Part shown: positions 53,789 to 63,720 of the stretch, piece after piece
Layout of the letters: each line of letters starts with the position of its first letter
How positions within the stretch are numbered: the stretch's first letter is position 1
Source: Clostridia bacterium
Lineage (GTDB): Bacteria; Bacillota; Clostridia; UMGS1883
NCBI GenBank assembly: GCA_045638945.1
Contig: JAZUCF010000024.1
Span: forward strand, 93,275-157,274
Reading direction: 5' to 3'
DNA length: 64,000 nucleotides
Notes under the pieces: generated by a model
What the model was told of the DNA's origin: nothing
The model's database searches: none
What the model saw: the letters and a program-made list of their open reading frames with translations, nothing else
Made by a program: the position numbers and the translations under genes

Positions 53789-55797
53789 AAAGGGTTGTAA
53801 AAGTTGCGGAAAAAGCAGGGTTCTGCTTTGGTGTAAGCCGTGCTGTGAGGCTTACCGAGGAAGGGCTTTCAGAAGGGAAGAAAATAGTAACACTCGGTCC
53901 TATTATACACAACAGTGCAGTGGTTAATGATTTAAGAGACCGCGGAGTCAGAATAATAGAAAAGGCAGAAGATGCAAAAAAGGGAGAAACCGTTGTTATA
54001 AGAAGCCACGGAATAACAAGAGCAGAGCAGGAAATATTGGACGCTAAAGGTGTGGAATATATTGATGCAACCTGCCCTTTTGTAAAGAAAATCCACAATA
54101 TTGTAAACGAAGCCTATGCAAAAAAATGTAATATTTTAATTATAGGCGATGAAAGACATCCCGAAGTGATAGGCATAAACGGATGGTGCGAAAACAGTGC
54201 CAAGGTTATACAGACTATCGAAGATGCGGAAAATGTTGCTTTTGGCGATGATAAAGAGCTTTATGTCGTGGCACAAACCACGTTTGAGAGAGAATTATGG
54301 AAAAAAATTACGAAAATTATAAAAAAGACTTGCCAAAGTGCTATAGTTTTTGATACAATATGTAGTGCTACGAATGAAAGGCAGAAATATGCAGCTCTGC
54401 TTGCTAAAGAGAGTGACGTGTTTATTGTCGTCGGAGGCAAAAACAGTTCAAATACAAAGAAGCTGTTTGACATTGCTTCGCCTCTTTGTCCGCATACCTT
54501 TCATGTGGAGGGTGTGGAGGAGCTGCCTAAAAATTTACTCAAGCTCGGTCATTCGTTCGGTATTACCGCCGGTGCTTCAACGCCGGAGCATATAATTAAG
54601 GAGGTTTTAGAAACCATGGTAGAAGAAAAGAACACTAATATTCAAGGAAATGGAGAGCCTACATTTGCCGAGGCATTTGAACAATCCCTCGTCACTTTAA
54701 ATACAGGACAGGTTGTAACGGGCACAGTAATCAGCATTACTCCCACAGAAGTATATGTAGATCTTGGCTACAAGGCTGACGGTATCATCCCTGCGGACGA
54801 GCTTACAGACGACCCCTCAGCAAACCCCGCAGATGTTGTTAAGGTTGGCGACGAAGTGGAAGTATTCGTTGTAAGAGTAAACGACGGTGAAGGCTACGTA
54901 AAGCTTTCTAAAAAGAAAATCGATGCAATCAAGGGCTGGCAGACAATCGAAGCTGCTTATGAAAGCGGCGAAATTCTCACAGGTCGTATTGTTGAAAATG
55001 TAAATCGCGGCGTAATCGCACTTGTTAACGGAAGCAGAATCTTTATTCCTGCATCTATGGCAAGCGAAAGATTTATGAAGGATCTTCAGCCCCTCGTTGG
55101 TACAGAAGCAAGCTTCAAAATCGTAAATATCCGTGAAGACAGACGTGGCAAGAAAGCAATCGGTTCCATCAAGGTTGTTGCACAGGCTGAGCGCGCTGAA
55201 AAGGTAGCTGCATTTATGGCAGACGTTGAAGAAGGTAAGGTTTACACAGGTACTGTTAAGACTCTTACAGACTTTGGTGCATTTGTTGACCTTGGCGGTG
55301 TTGACGGTCTTATCCCGATTTCTCAGCTTAGCTGGCAGAGAATCAAGCATCCCTCAGAAGTTCTCAGCGTTGGTGACAGCGTTGAGGTTACAATCCTTAG
55401 GGTTGACAAGGAAAATGTTAAGATTTCTCTCGGCTACAAGAAGGCTGAGGATAATCCCTGGGAAATTGCAAAGAGAACCTTCAATGAAGGCGATGTTGTA
55501 ACAGTTAAGGTTGTTCGTCTTGTACCCTTTGGTGCTTTTGTAGAGCTTATCCCCGGAATTGACGGTCTTGTTCACATTTCTCAGATTGCTAACAAGAGAA
55601 TCGGAAAGCCCGAAGATGTTCTTACAGTAGGCGAAATGGTTGATGCTAAGATTATGGACATCAACTGGGATGAAAAGAAGATTGGTCTTTCCATCCGTGA
55701 ACTTCTCGCTCCCGAAGCTCCTGCAGTTGAAGAAGCAGCAGAGGAAGTTGCTCCTGAAGTTGCAGAAGAAGCTGCTCAGGAAGAAACAGCTGAATAA
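53785..55797 (+). CDS. ispH: Bifunctional 4-hydroxy-3-methylbut-2-enyl diphosphate reductase (IspH) / ribosomal protein S1-like fusion
   Basis: N-terminal ~280 aa with GFCFGVSRAV, GPIIHN, SHG, DATCPFV, NSSNT. This is followed by four S1 repeats (GTVISITPTEVYVDLG, GRIVENVNRG, GTVKTLTDFGAFVDLG, VKVVRLVPFGAFVEL) and an acidic tail. Confidence 0.88.
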   Translation: MKRVVKVAEKAGFCFGVSRAVRLTEEGLSEGKKIVTLGPIIHNSAVVNDLRDRGVRIIEKAEDAKKGETVVIRSHGITRAEQEILDAKGVEYIDATCPFVKKIHNIVNEAYAKKCNILIIGDERHPEVIGINGWCENSAKVIQTIEDAENVAFGDDKELYVVAQTTFERELWKKITKIIKKTCQSAIVFDTICSATNERQKYAALLAKESDVFIVVGGKNSSNTKKLFDIASPLCPHTFHVEGVEELPKNLLKLGHSFGITAGASTPEHIIKEVLETMVEEKNTNIQGNGEPTFAEAFEQSLVTLNTGQVVTGTVISITPTEVYVDLGYKADGIIPADELTDDPSANPADVVKVGDEVEVFVVRVNDGEGYVKLSKKKIDAIKGWQTIEAAYESGEILTGRIVENVNRGVIALVNGSRIFIPASMASERFMKDLQPLVGTEASFKIVNIREDRRGKKAIGSIKVVAQAERAEKVAAFMADVEEGKVYTGTVKTLTDFGAFVDLGGVDGLIPISQLSWQRIKHPSEVLSVGDSVEVTILRVDKENVKISLGYKKAEDNPWEIAKRTFNEGDVVTVKVVRLVPFGAFVELIPGIDGLVHISQIANKRIGKPEDVLTVGEMVDAKIMDINWDEKKIGLSIRELLAPEAPAVEEAAEEVAPEVAEEAAQEETAE

Positions 55798-55810
55798 CAG
55801 ATTTATACAA

Positions 55811-55845
55811 AAAGGACTGCATGAATTTTTGCAGTCCTTTTCTTC
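55811..55845 (+). terminator. Intrinsic terminator after ispH/S1
   Basis: aaaggactgca / tgcagtccttt stem with an 8-nt loop and a T-rich tail. Confidence 0.75.
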
Positions 55846-55877
55846 ATTATATTTGTGTATATATAGGTAGAAATATG

Positions 55878-55906
55878 TTGACTATTGACGGAAATCGTGC
55901 TATAAT
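55878..55906 (+). promoter_or_regulatory. Promoter of xpt
   Basis: TTGACT - 17 nt - TATAAT. Confidence 0.55.
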
Positions 55907-55957
55907 TTTCTATAAGTTATGAAAAGTTTTTGTTGGGAGTGAGCAGTCATAGTTGCA

Positions 55958-56521
55958 TTGGAGGACAAAATTTTAAATGAGGGAAAGGTTCTGCCCGGAG
56001 ATATCCTCAAGGTGGATTGTTTCCTTAATCACCGCATTGATGTGCCATTCCTTCTGGAAATGGGCGAGGAGATAGCACGGCTTTATAAAGATGTACCGGT
56101 TAATAAAATTCTCACTATTGAAACATCGGGTATCCCAATCGCATTTGCCGCAGCTCAATATATGAATGTACCTGTGGTATTTGTGAAAAAAAGCAAGTCC
56201 GGAAATATATCTGACGATGTGTATTCTTCACGCGTAGCTTCTTTCACAAGGAAGAACGTGTATGATGCTGTAGTCAGCAAAGAATTTTTAAATAGTGAGG
56301 ACAAGGTTCTTGTAATAGATGATTTCCTTGCAAAAGGAAATGCACTGACAGGTCTTATTGATATTATAAATCAGGCAGGAGCAACTCTTTTAGGATGTGC
56401 CATTGCTATTGAAAAAGGCTTTCAGGGCGGCGGAGATGAGCTAAGAGCAAAGGGTGTGCGTGTGGACTCTTTGGCAATTATCGATTCTATGACGGAAAAC
56501 TCGCTTTCGTTCCGCAAATAA
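55958..56521 (+). CDS. xpt: Xanthine phosphoribosyltransferase
   Basis: ILNEGKVLPGDILKVDCFLNHRID, TIETSGIPIA, VLVIDDFLAKGNA (PRPP motif). The TTG start is the only in-frame start after an upstream stop. Confidence 0.85.
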   Translation: MEDKILNEGKVLPGDILKVDCFLNHRIDVPFLLEMGEEIARLYKDVPVNKILTIETSGIPIAFAAAQYMNVPVVFVKKSKSGNISDDVYSSRVASFTRKNVYDAVVSKEFLNSEDKVLVIDDFLAKGNALTGLIDIINQAGATLLGCAIAIEKGFQGGGDELRAKGVRVDSLAIIDSMTENSLSFRK

Positions 56522-56581
56522 AAGTGTATGTAAAGAATCTTTACATAAATATTTTTGCCTAAAAGGCAGGAGGGTTTAAAA

Positions 56582-57787
56582 ATGAAAAAAATTCTTTCAT
56601 TACTTCTCGTTGCTGTAATGTGTGTAGCATCAGTTTGTATGCTTTCAGCTTGCGGCGGAGAAAAGGCAGATTCCGATTTTAAGATCGGATTCATTTTCTT
56701 GCACGATGAAAACTCAACTTATGACAAGAACTTCCTTGATGCTGCACAGGCAGCTACAAAAGAGTTGGGACTTTCAGAAGACCAGGTTATTTTCAAGACC
56801 AACATTCCTGAGGGTAACGAATGTTATGAAGCAGCTGCAGACCTTGCAGACCAGGGCTGTGATGTAGTATTTGCTAACAGCTTCGGTCACGAGCCTTATG
56901 TATTAAAGGCTGCAAAGGAATTCCCCGAGGTTGAATTCTGCCATGCAACAGGTACTACTGCTCATACTGAAAACGTTAAGAATTTCCACAATGCATTTGC
57001 TTCTATCTATGAAGGCAGATACCTTGCAGGTATTGCGGCAGGTATGAAGCTTAACGAAATGATTGAAGCGGGAAAGATTACTCCCGACCAGGCTAAGATG
57101 GGTTACGTTGGTGCTTTCACATATGCTGAAGTTATTTCAGGTTATACATCCTTCTATCTTGGTGCAAAATCAGTTTGCCCCTCAGTTACAATGGAGGTTC
57201 AGTTCACAGGCAGCTGGTATGACGAAGCTCTTGAAAAAGAAGCAGCTACAAAGCTCCTGAGCAACAAGTGCGTTCTTATCAGCCAGCACGCAGACTCTAT
57301 GGGTGCTCCCACAGCATGTGAGAACGCAGGCGTTCCCAACGTTTCCTACAACGGAAGCACAAAGGATGCTTGCCCCAACACATTCATCGTTTCTTCAAGA
57401 ATCGATTGGGCTCCTTACTTCAAGTACATCATTGAATCTGCACAGAACGACAAGGAAATCGCAGCAGACTGGTGCGAAGGCTTTGAAGTTGGTTCTGTAA
57501 AGCTTACAGAAATCAATGAAAAGGTTGCAGCAGAAGGTACAAAGGAAGCTTTGGAAGAAGCAAAGGCTAAGCTTATCTCCGGTGAAATCAAGGTATTTGA
57601 TACAAATAACTTTACCGTTGAAGGTAAGAAGCTTGATTCTTACATGGCAGACGTTGATACAGATGCTAAGTACGAAAAGGATACAGAGGCAATTTCTGAC
57701 GGATATTTCCATGAATCAGAATACCGCAGTGCTCCTTACTTCGATATGACAATCGACGGAATTAAGCTGCTTAACAGCATGTTCTAA
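56582..57787 (+). CDS. BMP-family (PnrA/Med-like) ABC transporter substrate-binding lipoprotein
   Basis: ATG at 56582 after AGGAGGG. Lipobox MLSAC-GG. FKIGFIFLHD..., typical of purine-nucleoside binding lipoproteins. Confidence 0.85.
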   Translation: MKKILSLLLVAVMCVASVCMLSACGGEKADSDFKIGFIFLHDENSTYDKNFLDAAQAATKELGLSEDQVIFKTNIPEGNECYEAAADLADQGCDVVFANSFGHEPYVLKAAKEFPEVEFCHATGTTAHTENVKNFHNAFASIYEGRYLAGIAAGMKLNEMIEAGKITPDQAKMGYVGAFTYAEVISGYTSFYLGAKSVCPSVTMEVQFTGSWYDEALEKEAATKLLSNKCVLISQHADSMGAPTACENAGVPNVSYNGSTKDACPNTFIVSSRIDWAPYFKYIIESAQNDKEIAADWCEGFEVGSVKLTEINEKVAAEGTKEALEEAKAKLISGEIKVFDTNNFTVEGKKLDSYMADVDTDAKYEKDTEAISDGYFHESEYRSAPYFDMTIDGIKLLNSMF

Positions 57788-57903
57788 TTTTAACTTACGT
57801 GGGGCGGAGGTTTTTCTCCGCCCTATAATAAATTTATTCCTTGTATTTTTTGATAAGCAAAGGGTTTATCAAAGAATATAAGAATTCTTAGCTGGAGGTT
57901 AAT

Positions 57904-59442
57904 ATGGAACAGAATATTGCTCTCGAACTTAAAAACATAACCAAGACCTTTGGCAATGTTGTTGCCAATAAAAATGTATCGCTGAAAGTCAGAAAGGGAG
58001 AAATCCTTTCCATTCTCGGAGAAAACGGCAGTGGAAAAACAACGCTTATGAACATGGTTTCGGGAATTTATTACCCCGACCATGGTCAGATGTTTATCGA
58101 CGGGAAGGAATGTGTAATTGCGTCTCCCAAGGATGCATTTAATTATAAAATTGGTATGATACATCAGCATTTTAAGCTTGTTGATGTTTTTAGTGCTGCG
58201 GAAAATATTGTCTTGGGGCTTAAAGATGAAAAAGGCTTCGATATGTCCAATTATATTGAGAAAATCAAGGAAATTACCGAAAAATACGGGTTTGAACTTG
58301 ATTTACAGAAAAAGATATATGAGATGTCCGTTTCCGAAAAGCAAACGGTAGAAATAGTAAAAGTGCTTTTCAGAGGGGCTGATATTCTGATCCTTGATGA
58401 GCCTACAGCAGTTTTAACTCCGCAGGAAACCGTTAAGCTTTTCAAGGTTTTAAAGAATATGCGTGATAGCGGAAAGGCTATAATCATTATCACACATAAG
58501 CTTCACGAGGTGCTTTCACTCTCCGACTATGTAACTGTACTTAGAAAAGGCGAATATGCAGGCACTGTAAAGACAAGCGAAACAAACGAGGCAGAGCTTA
58601 CGGAAATGATGGTGGGAAAGAAAATTTCACTTAACATTCACAGAAGCACCCCCGAAAACACCTGTGACCGTCTCGTAGTTCAGAAAATAAGCTGCATAAA
58701 CCGCGAGGGGGCAAAAATTCTCGACGATGTTTCTTTCACGGCAAAGTCGGGAGAAATTCTCGGAATTGCGGGAATCGCAGGAAGCGGACAGAGGGAACTT
58801 CTGGAAGCAATTGCAGGTCTTGGGCAGCTTGACGAGGGCAAGATTATTTATCATGACCCCAAGAGCGGAAAAGAAGAAAATCTTCGTGACAAGACACCTC
58901 TCCAAATACGCCAGATGGGTGTAAGGCTTGCATTTGTCCCCGAGGACAGACTTGGAATGGGTCTTGTAGGAAATATGGATATAGTGGATAATATGATGCT
59001 TAGAAGCTATAAAAAAGGTAAGTCCGTATTCTTGCAGAGAAAAGCTCCTAAATCATTGGCAGAGGAAATTATTGAGCGTCTTGAAGTGGTAACACCCTCC
59101 GCAAACACTCCTGTAAGAAGACTTTCGGGAGGAAATGTTCAGAAAATCCTTGTAGGACGCGAAATTGCATCTTCGCCAACAGTTTTGATGGCGGCGTATC
59201 CTGTCCGCGGACTTGATATAAATTCATCTTACACAATCTATAATCTTCTTAACGAGCAAAAGGAAAAAGGCGTAGCCGTAATTTTTGTAGGTGAGGATTT
59301 GGATGTGCTTCTTGAACTGTGTGACAGAATTTTGGTAATAGGCTCGGGCAAGGTTACAGGTATTGTTGACGGAAGAAGTGCTACTAAGGAAGAAATAGGT
59401 CTTTTGATGACTAAGTCTTCATCACAGCACGTTGAAGAATAA
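57904..59442 (+). CDS. ABC transporter ATP-binding protein (duplicated ATPase, sugar/nucleoside type)
   Basis: Two ABC cassettes: GENGSGKTT / LDEPT and LSGGNVQK / FVGEDLD. Confidence 0.9.
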   Translation: MEQNIALELKNITKTFGNVVANKNVSLKVRKGEILSILGENGSGKTTLMNMVSGIYYPDHGQMFIDGKECVIASPKDAFNYKIGMIHQHFKLVDVFSAAENIVLGLKDEKGFDMSNYIEKIKEITEKYGFELDLQKKIYEMSVSEKQTVEIVKVLFRGADILILDEPTAVLTPQETVKLFKVLKNMRDSGKAIIIITHKLHEVLSLSDYVTVLRKGEYAGTVKTSETNEAELTEMMVGKKISLNIHRSTPENTCDRLVVQKISCINREGAKILDDVSFTAKSGEILGIAGIAGSGQRELLEAIAGLGQLDEGKIIYHDPKSGKEENLRDKTPLQIRQMGVRLAFVPEDRLGMGLVGNMDIVDNMMLRSYKKGKSVFLQRKAPKSLAEEIIERLEVVTPSANTPVRRLSGGNVQKILVGREIASSPTVLMAAYPVRGLDINSSYTIYNLLNEQKEKGVAVIFVGEDLDVLLELCDRILVIGSGKVTGIVDGRSATKEEIGLLMTKSSSQHVEE

Positions 59443-59459
59443 AGAGGGGGAGTAGTAAT

Positions 59460-60572
59460 ATGAAAAAAATTAATAATTTCTTGCACCAATCTCTCTACGT
59501 TTCTCCGTTTCATATTGCAAAAAGAGATTCTCTTGTCTGGTGGAAAGCATGGATAATCAGAATTGTGGCGGTAATGATTGCCCTTCTTGTGTGCGGTGCT
59601 ATCACTATTGCACTTACGGATATCAACCCTGTTAAGATGTACTTTACCATGATTGACGGTGCCGTAGGAACACCCCGTCTTGTGTGGAATATGCTTCAGA
59701 ATACGGCAATTCTTCTTTGCATTTCGCTTGCGGTAACTCCTGCATTTAAGATGCGATTCTGGAATATAGGCGCGGAAGGCCAGGTGCTTATCGGCGGCCT
59801 TGCAACGGCACTTTGTATGATTTTCCTTGGTGAAAAGCTTCCTGCTCCGCTTTTGATTGTACTAATGCTTATAAGCAGTATTGTGTTAGGTGCGTTTTGG
59901 GCACTTGTTCCCGCATATTTTAAAACAAAGTTTAATTCAAACGAAACTCTTTTTACGCTGATGATGAACTATATTGCAATCCAGCTCGTTGCATATTTCA
60001 CTTTGGAAATGTCTGTACCGAAGGGGTCGGGAACTCCCAGAGTACTGGAACATGGACAGCTTCCCGTGCTCCTTGACCAAAAGTATTTATTCAACATACT
60101 GGTTGTTGCAGTGATTACCGTTATTATGCATATATACCTTAAGTACAGCAAGCAGGGATATGAGATATCCGTTGTGGGTGAAAGTGAAAACACAGCAAGG
60201 TATATCGGAATCAATGTTAAAAAAGTAGTTTTAAGAACTATGGCTATTTCAGGTGCAATCTGCGGTATCGCGGGATTTCTGATAGTCGCAGGCACAGACC
60301 ACTCCCTCAAAAGCGACAGTGCCGGGGGCAGGGGCTTTACGGCAATCATGGTTTCGTGGCTTGCTAAATTTAACCCTGTGTTTATGATTTTAACATCTCT
60401 TTTGATTGTTTTCCTTGAAAAAGGTGCGTCAAAAATTTCCGAGGTTTACAGACTGAATTCCTCCTTCTCAGATATTATAACGGGAATTATAATTTTCTTT
60501 ATAATCGGTGCGGAATTTTTTATTAACTACAAAATTAAAGTAAATACAAAGGAAAAGGAGGAGAGAGTATGA
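59460..60572 (+). CDS. ABC transporter permease (BPD_transp_2 type)
   Basis: 370 aa, polytopic. Operon position after the ATPase. NIGAEGQ motif. Confidence 0.85.
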   Translation: MKKINNFLHQSLYVSPFHIAKRDSLVWWKAWIIRIVAVMIALLVCGAITIALTDINPVKMYFTMIDGAVGTPRLVWNMLQNTAILLCISLAVTPAFKMRFWNIGAEGQVLIGGLATALCMIFLGEKLPAPLLIVLMLISSIVLGAFWALVPAYFKTKFNSNETLFTLMMNYIAIQLVAYFTLEMSVPKGSGTPRVLEHGQLPVLLDQKYLFNILVVAVITVIMHIYLKYSKQGYEISVVGESENTARYIGINVKKVVLRTMAISGAICGIAGFLIVAGTDHSLKSDSAGGRGFTAIMVSWLAKFNPVFMILTSLLIVFLEKGASKISEVYRLNSSFSDIITGIIIFFIIGAEFFINYKIKVNTKEKEERV

Positions 60573-61546
60573 TAGTTACCATAATACAAAGAGCAGTAAT
60601 GCAGGGCACTCCCTTACTTTTTGGCTCAACGGGCGAAATCCTTACCGAAAAATCAGGAAATCTGAATCTTGGAATCCCCGGAATTATGTATGTAGGAGCA
60701 ATCAGCGGTGTTGCAGGCTCGTTTATTTATGAGCAGAGTGTGTCGGTGCTCAATCCTTTCTTAGCTATACTGATTCCCCTTGTATGCTCTATATTAGGCT
60801 CGGCGTTAATGGGACTTATTTATTGCTTCTTAACCGTGTCTTTACGTGCTAATCAGAATGTTACAGGTCTCGCATTAACCACATTTGGTATAGGAATCGG
60901 TAACTTTTTCGGTGGCTCTTTAATTAAGCTTGTGGATACGGATGTGCCCTCAATTTCTCTTTCTGCAACCAGCACTATTTTTAAAACGGAGCTTCCCTTT
61001 GCTCATTCGCTCGGATGGTTTGGTGAGATTTTCTTTTCATACGGATTTTTGGTTTATGTTGCAATTATCGTTGCGTTGATATCCTCTCACGTGCTTAAAA
61101 AGACCCGTACAGGGCTTCATTTGAGAGCAATCGGAGAAAGCCCCGAAACAGCCGATGCGGCGGGAATAAGCGTTACAAAATACAAGTATATCTCAACCTG
61201 TATTGGTAGTGCTATTGCAGGCTTGGGCGGATTATATTATGTAATGGATTATGCTAACGGCGTTTGGTCAAACAATGGATTTGGCGACAGAGGCTGGCTT
61301 TCTATAGCACTTGTTATTTTTTCCGTATGGCGTCCTTCCATAAGTATTCTCGGCTCAATCTTGTTTGGATTTTTGTATGTAATTCCCACATACATTCCTA
61401 ATATTACGGTGAGCACAAAAATTCTTTTTGAGATGCTTCCCTATGTTGTTACCATACTTGTGCTTATTATCACAAGTATCAGAGACAAAAAAGAAAATCA
61501 GCCTCCTGCGGCTTTGGGCTTGCCCTACTTCAGGGAGGAACGATAA
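60569..61546 (+). CDS. ABC transporter permease (second subunit)
   Basis: 325 aa, polytopic. Start overlaps the upstream stop. GEILTEKSGNLNLGIPG. Confidence 0.85.
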   Translation: MIVTIIQRAVMQGTPLLFGSTGEILTEKSGNLNLGIPGIMYVGAISGVAGSFIYEQSVSVLNPFLAILIPLVCSILGSALMGLIYCFLTVSLRANQNVTGLALTTFGIGIGNFFGGSLIKLVDTDVPSISLSATSTIFKTELPFAHSLGWFGEIFFSYGFLVYVAIIVALISSHVLKKTRTGLHLRAIGESPETADAAGISVTKYKYISTCIGSAIAGLGGLYYVMDYANGVWSNNGFGDRGWLSIALVIFSVWRPSISILGSILFGFLYVIPTYIPNITVSTKILFEMLPYVVTILVLIITSIRDKKENQPPAALGLPYFREER

Positions 61547-61550
61547 ATAG

Positions 61551-61584
61551 AGAATCGCAGTTTTTTGACTGCGATTCTTTGTTT
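61551..61584 (+). terminator. Intrinsic terminator of the ABC transporter operon
   Basis: agaatcgcag / ctgcgattct stem followed by ttgttt. Confidence 0.7.
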
Positions 61585-61696
61585 ATCGTCTTAAATAAGA
61601 AAATGTTGTAAAAAATATATGAAGGAAAGCGGCTTTGGTTGACAATGGGATACTTTTTATGGTATCATATATTTAAGTATATTATGAATTGGAAGT

Positions 61697-62365
61697 GTGG
61701 AATTGAACCAGTTTGTTTCTTCGATTAATGAGATTTTAGCGAGGTTAATAGTGCTTTTTACCGCTATCACTGTTCACGAATACGCACATGGATATGTGGC
61801 TTATAAGCTTGGCGACCCTACGGCAAAATATGCAGGCAGGCTTTCTCTTAATCCCATGTCGCACCTTGACCCTATCGGTGCTTTGTGTATGGTGCTTTGC
61901 GGATTCGGATGGGCAAAGCCCGTACCTGTTAATCCCATGTATTTTAAAGACCGTAAGCGTGACAGTGCCCTGGTTTCTTTGGCAGGTCCTCTTTCAAATA
62001 TAGCTCTTGCCTTGGTTACGGCAGTGCTTACAGCAGTTTATTTTTCATTTGTATATATAAAGTTTCCTGCTAACTTTGCAGCGGAGTTTGGGTTTGAGCT
62101 TTTGCTTCAGCTTGCACAGCTTAATATTGGCTTTGCCGTGTTTAATCTGATTCCCTTTCCGCCGCTTGACGGAAGTAAAATTTTAGGTGCATTTCTTTCA
62201 AATGAAAATTATTATAAGTTCATGAGATATGAGCATTTCGGATTTCCCATACTGATTCTGATGTCGATTACAGGGCTTTTGGGAAGAATATTATATATTT
62301 TTATACAGCCTGTCTGGACGGCATGGACTGCCCTGTTTGAAAAACTTGTAATGGTTTTTATGTAA
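61697..62365 (+). CDS. Site-2 protease family (M50) membrane metalloprotease
   Basis: HEYAHG (HExxH) in TM1 and NLIPFPPLDG motif. Confidence 0.78.
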   Translation: MELNQFVSSINEILARLIVLFTAITVHEYAHGYVAYKLGDPTAKYAGRLSLNPMSHLDPIGALCMVLCGFGWAKPVPVNPMYFKDRKRDSALVSLAGPLSNIALALVTAVLTAVYFSFVYIKFPANFAAEFGFELLLQLAQLNIGFAVFNLIPFPPLDGSKILGAFLSNENYYKFMRYEHFGFPILILMSITGLLGRILYIFIQPVWTAWTALFEKLVMVFM

Positions 62366-62387
62366 ATTTCTGTTAAGGCGGATTATT

Positions 62388-63134
62388 ATGAGTGAGCTCT
62401 CCTTTAAAATAGATGTGTTCGAGGGTCCGCTTGACCTTCTGTTGCATCTTATAAGTAAGAATAAAGTCAGCATCTGCGACATTCCCATTTCCACTATCAC
62501 AGACCAGTATTTTGAGTATCTGGAGCTTATGCAGCAGCTTGATATGGAACTGGGCGGTGAATTTCTGGTAATGGCATCTCAGCTTTTGTATATTAAATCA
62601 AAAATGCTCCTGCCAAAGCCCGAAGAGGAGGAAGAAGATCCCCGTGCAGAGCTTGCTGACAGGCTTGAGGAATATAAAAGATATAAAGAAATTTCGGCAC
62701 AAATGGATAAGCTCAGCCACAGTATGGAGCATATTGTATTCAAAGGTGTTGAGCCGCTCAATCTGCCGAAAATAAGAACTGAAAACAAGGAAATACCCAT
62801 AGAAAGGTTATTTGAGGCTTTCTTTACTGTGATAGACAGAAGTGCTTCCAAAAAACCTATTGACCCTAAGACGTTTAAGCGTGTCATAGGAAGGACAAAC
62901 TATTCTGTGCGCACCGCATCAAAAAGCGTCATGAGCAAGATTAAAATGGGCGGAAAGACCGTGTTTGAAGAACTTTTTACAGGGCTTCGTGTCCGTGGTG
63001 AGTACGTGGCTACCTTTTTAGCACTTTTGGAATTGATAAAAGAAAATGCAGTAACCGTTACACAGGAAAACGGCAAGCTTTATTGCCTGAGAGGTGAAAA
63101 CAATGTGGAACTTGACAATTGGGAAGAATATTGA
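62388..63134 (+). CDS. scpA: Segregation and condensation protein A
   Basis: FEGPLDLLLHLI, and an acidic linker EEEEEDPR. Confidence 0.9.
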   Translation: MSELSFKIDVFEGPLDLLLHLISKNKVSICDIPISTITDQYFEYLELMQQLDMELGGEFLVMASQLLYIKSKMLLPKPEEEEEDPRAELADRLEEYKRYKEISAQMDKLSHSMEHIVFKGVEPLNLPKIRTENKEIPIERLFEAFFTVIDRSASKKPIDPKTFKRVIGRTNYSVRTASKSVMSKIKMGGKTVFEELFTGLRVRGEYVATFLALLELIKENAVTVTQENGKLYCLRGENNVELDNWEEY

Positions 63135-63717
63135 GTGTGCCTTGGAGGCAGTGCTTTTCTCGCTTGGTGAGGCTGTAGAGATTGAAAGGCTTGCACAGGC
63201 TCTTGAGGTTCGTGAAGATGAAGTAAAGGAAGCCTTTGAAAAGCTTAAATCCAAGTATGAAAAGGAAAATCGCGGAATAAAGCTTATTGAAATTGACGGA
63301 TCGGTACAGATGTGCTCAAATCCCGATTATTTTGAATGTATAAAGCGTGTAACGCAAATTGAGAAGCAGGCAGGGCTTTCCTCCGCTGCTTTGGAAACTC
63401 TTTCAATAATTGCGTATAATCAGCCCGTAACAAAGGGAACAATTGAATTTATAAGAGGTGTGGATTGTACATATTCCGTAACACGTCTTTTGGAGCGTGG
63501 ATTTATAGATGAGCTCGGTAGAGCGGAAACCCCCGGAAGACCCATTCTTTATGGAACTACAATGGAGTTTTTGCGTTGCTTCGGACTTAAATCCCTTGAA
63601 GAGCTTCCTCCTCTGCCCGAAAAGGAAACCCCGGTGGAGGTCGAGATTGGTAAACCAACCGATGTTATAGAGGAATATGTAAAAGAAAACGAAACCAATA
63701 CAGAAACAGAGGAATAA
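63094..63717 (+). CDS. scpB: Segregation and condensation protein B
   Basis: ALEAVLFSLGE, LSSAALETLSIIAYNQPVTKGTIEFIRGVD, GRPILYGTT. The ATG at 63103 is an alternative start. Confidence 0.9.
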   Translation: MKTMWNLTIGKNIECALEAVLFSLGEAVEIERLAQALEVREDEVKEAFEKLKSKYEKENRGIKLIEIDGSVQMCSNPDYFECIKRVTQIEKQAGLSSAALETLSIIAYNQPVTKGTIEFIRGVDCTYSVTRLLERGFIDELGRAETPGRPILYGTTMEFLRCFGLKSLEELPPLPEKETPVEVEIGKPTDVIEEYVKENETNTETEE

Positions 63718-63720
63718 TTA

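Noticed and set aside
55846-55957. Expected purine (guanine) riboswitch upstream of xpt, and upstream of the BMP nucleoside transporter (56522..56581)
   Set aside because: The leader after the TTGACT-17-TATAAT promoter is only about 45 nt and lacks the conserved three-way-junction sequence. The spacer before the transporter gene holds only a short hairpin.
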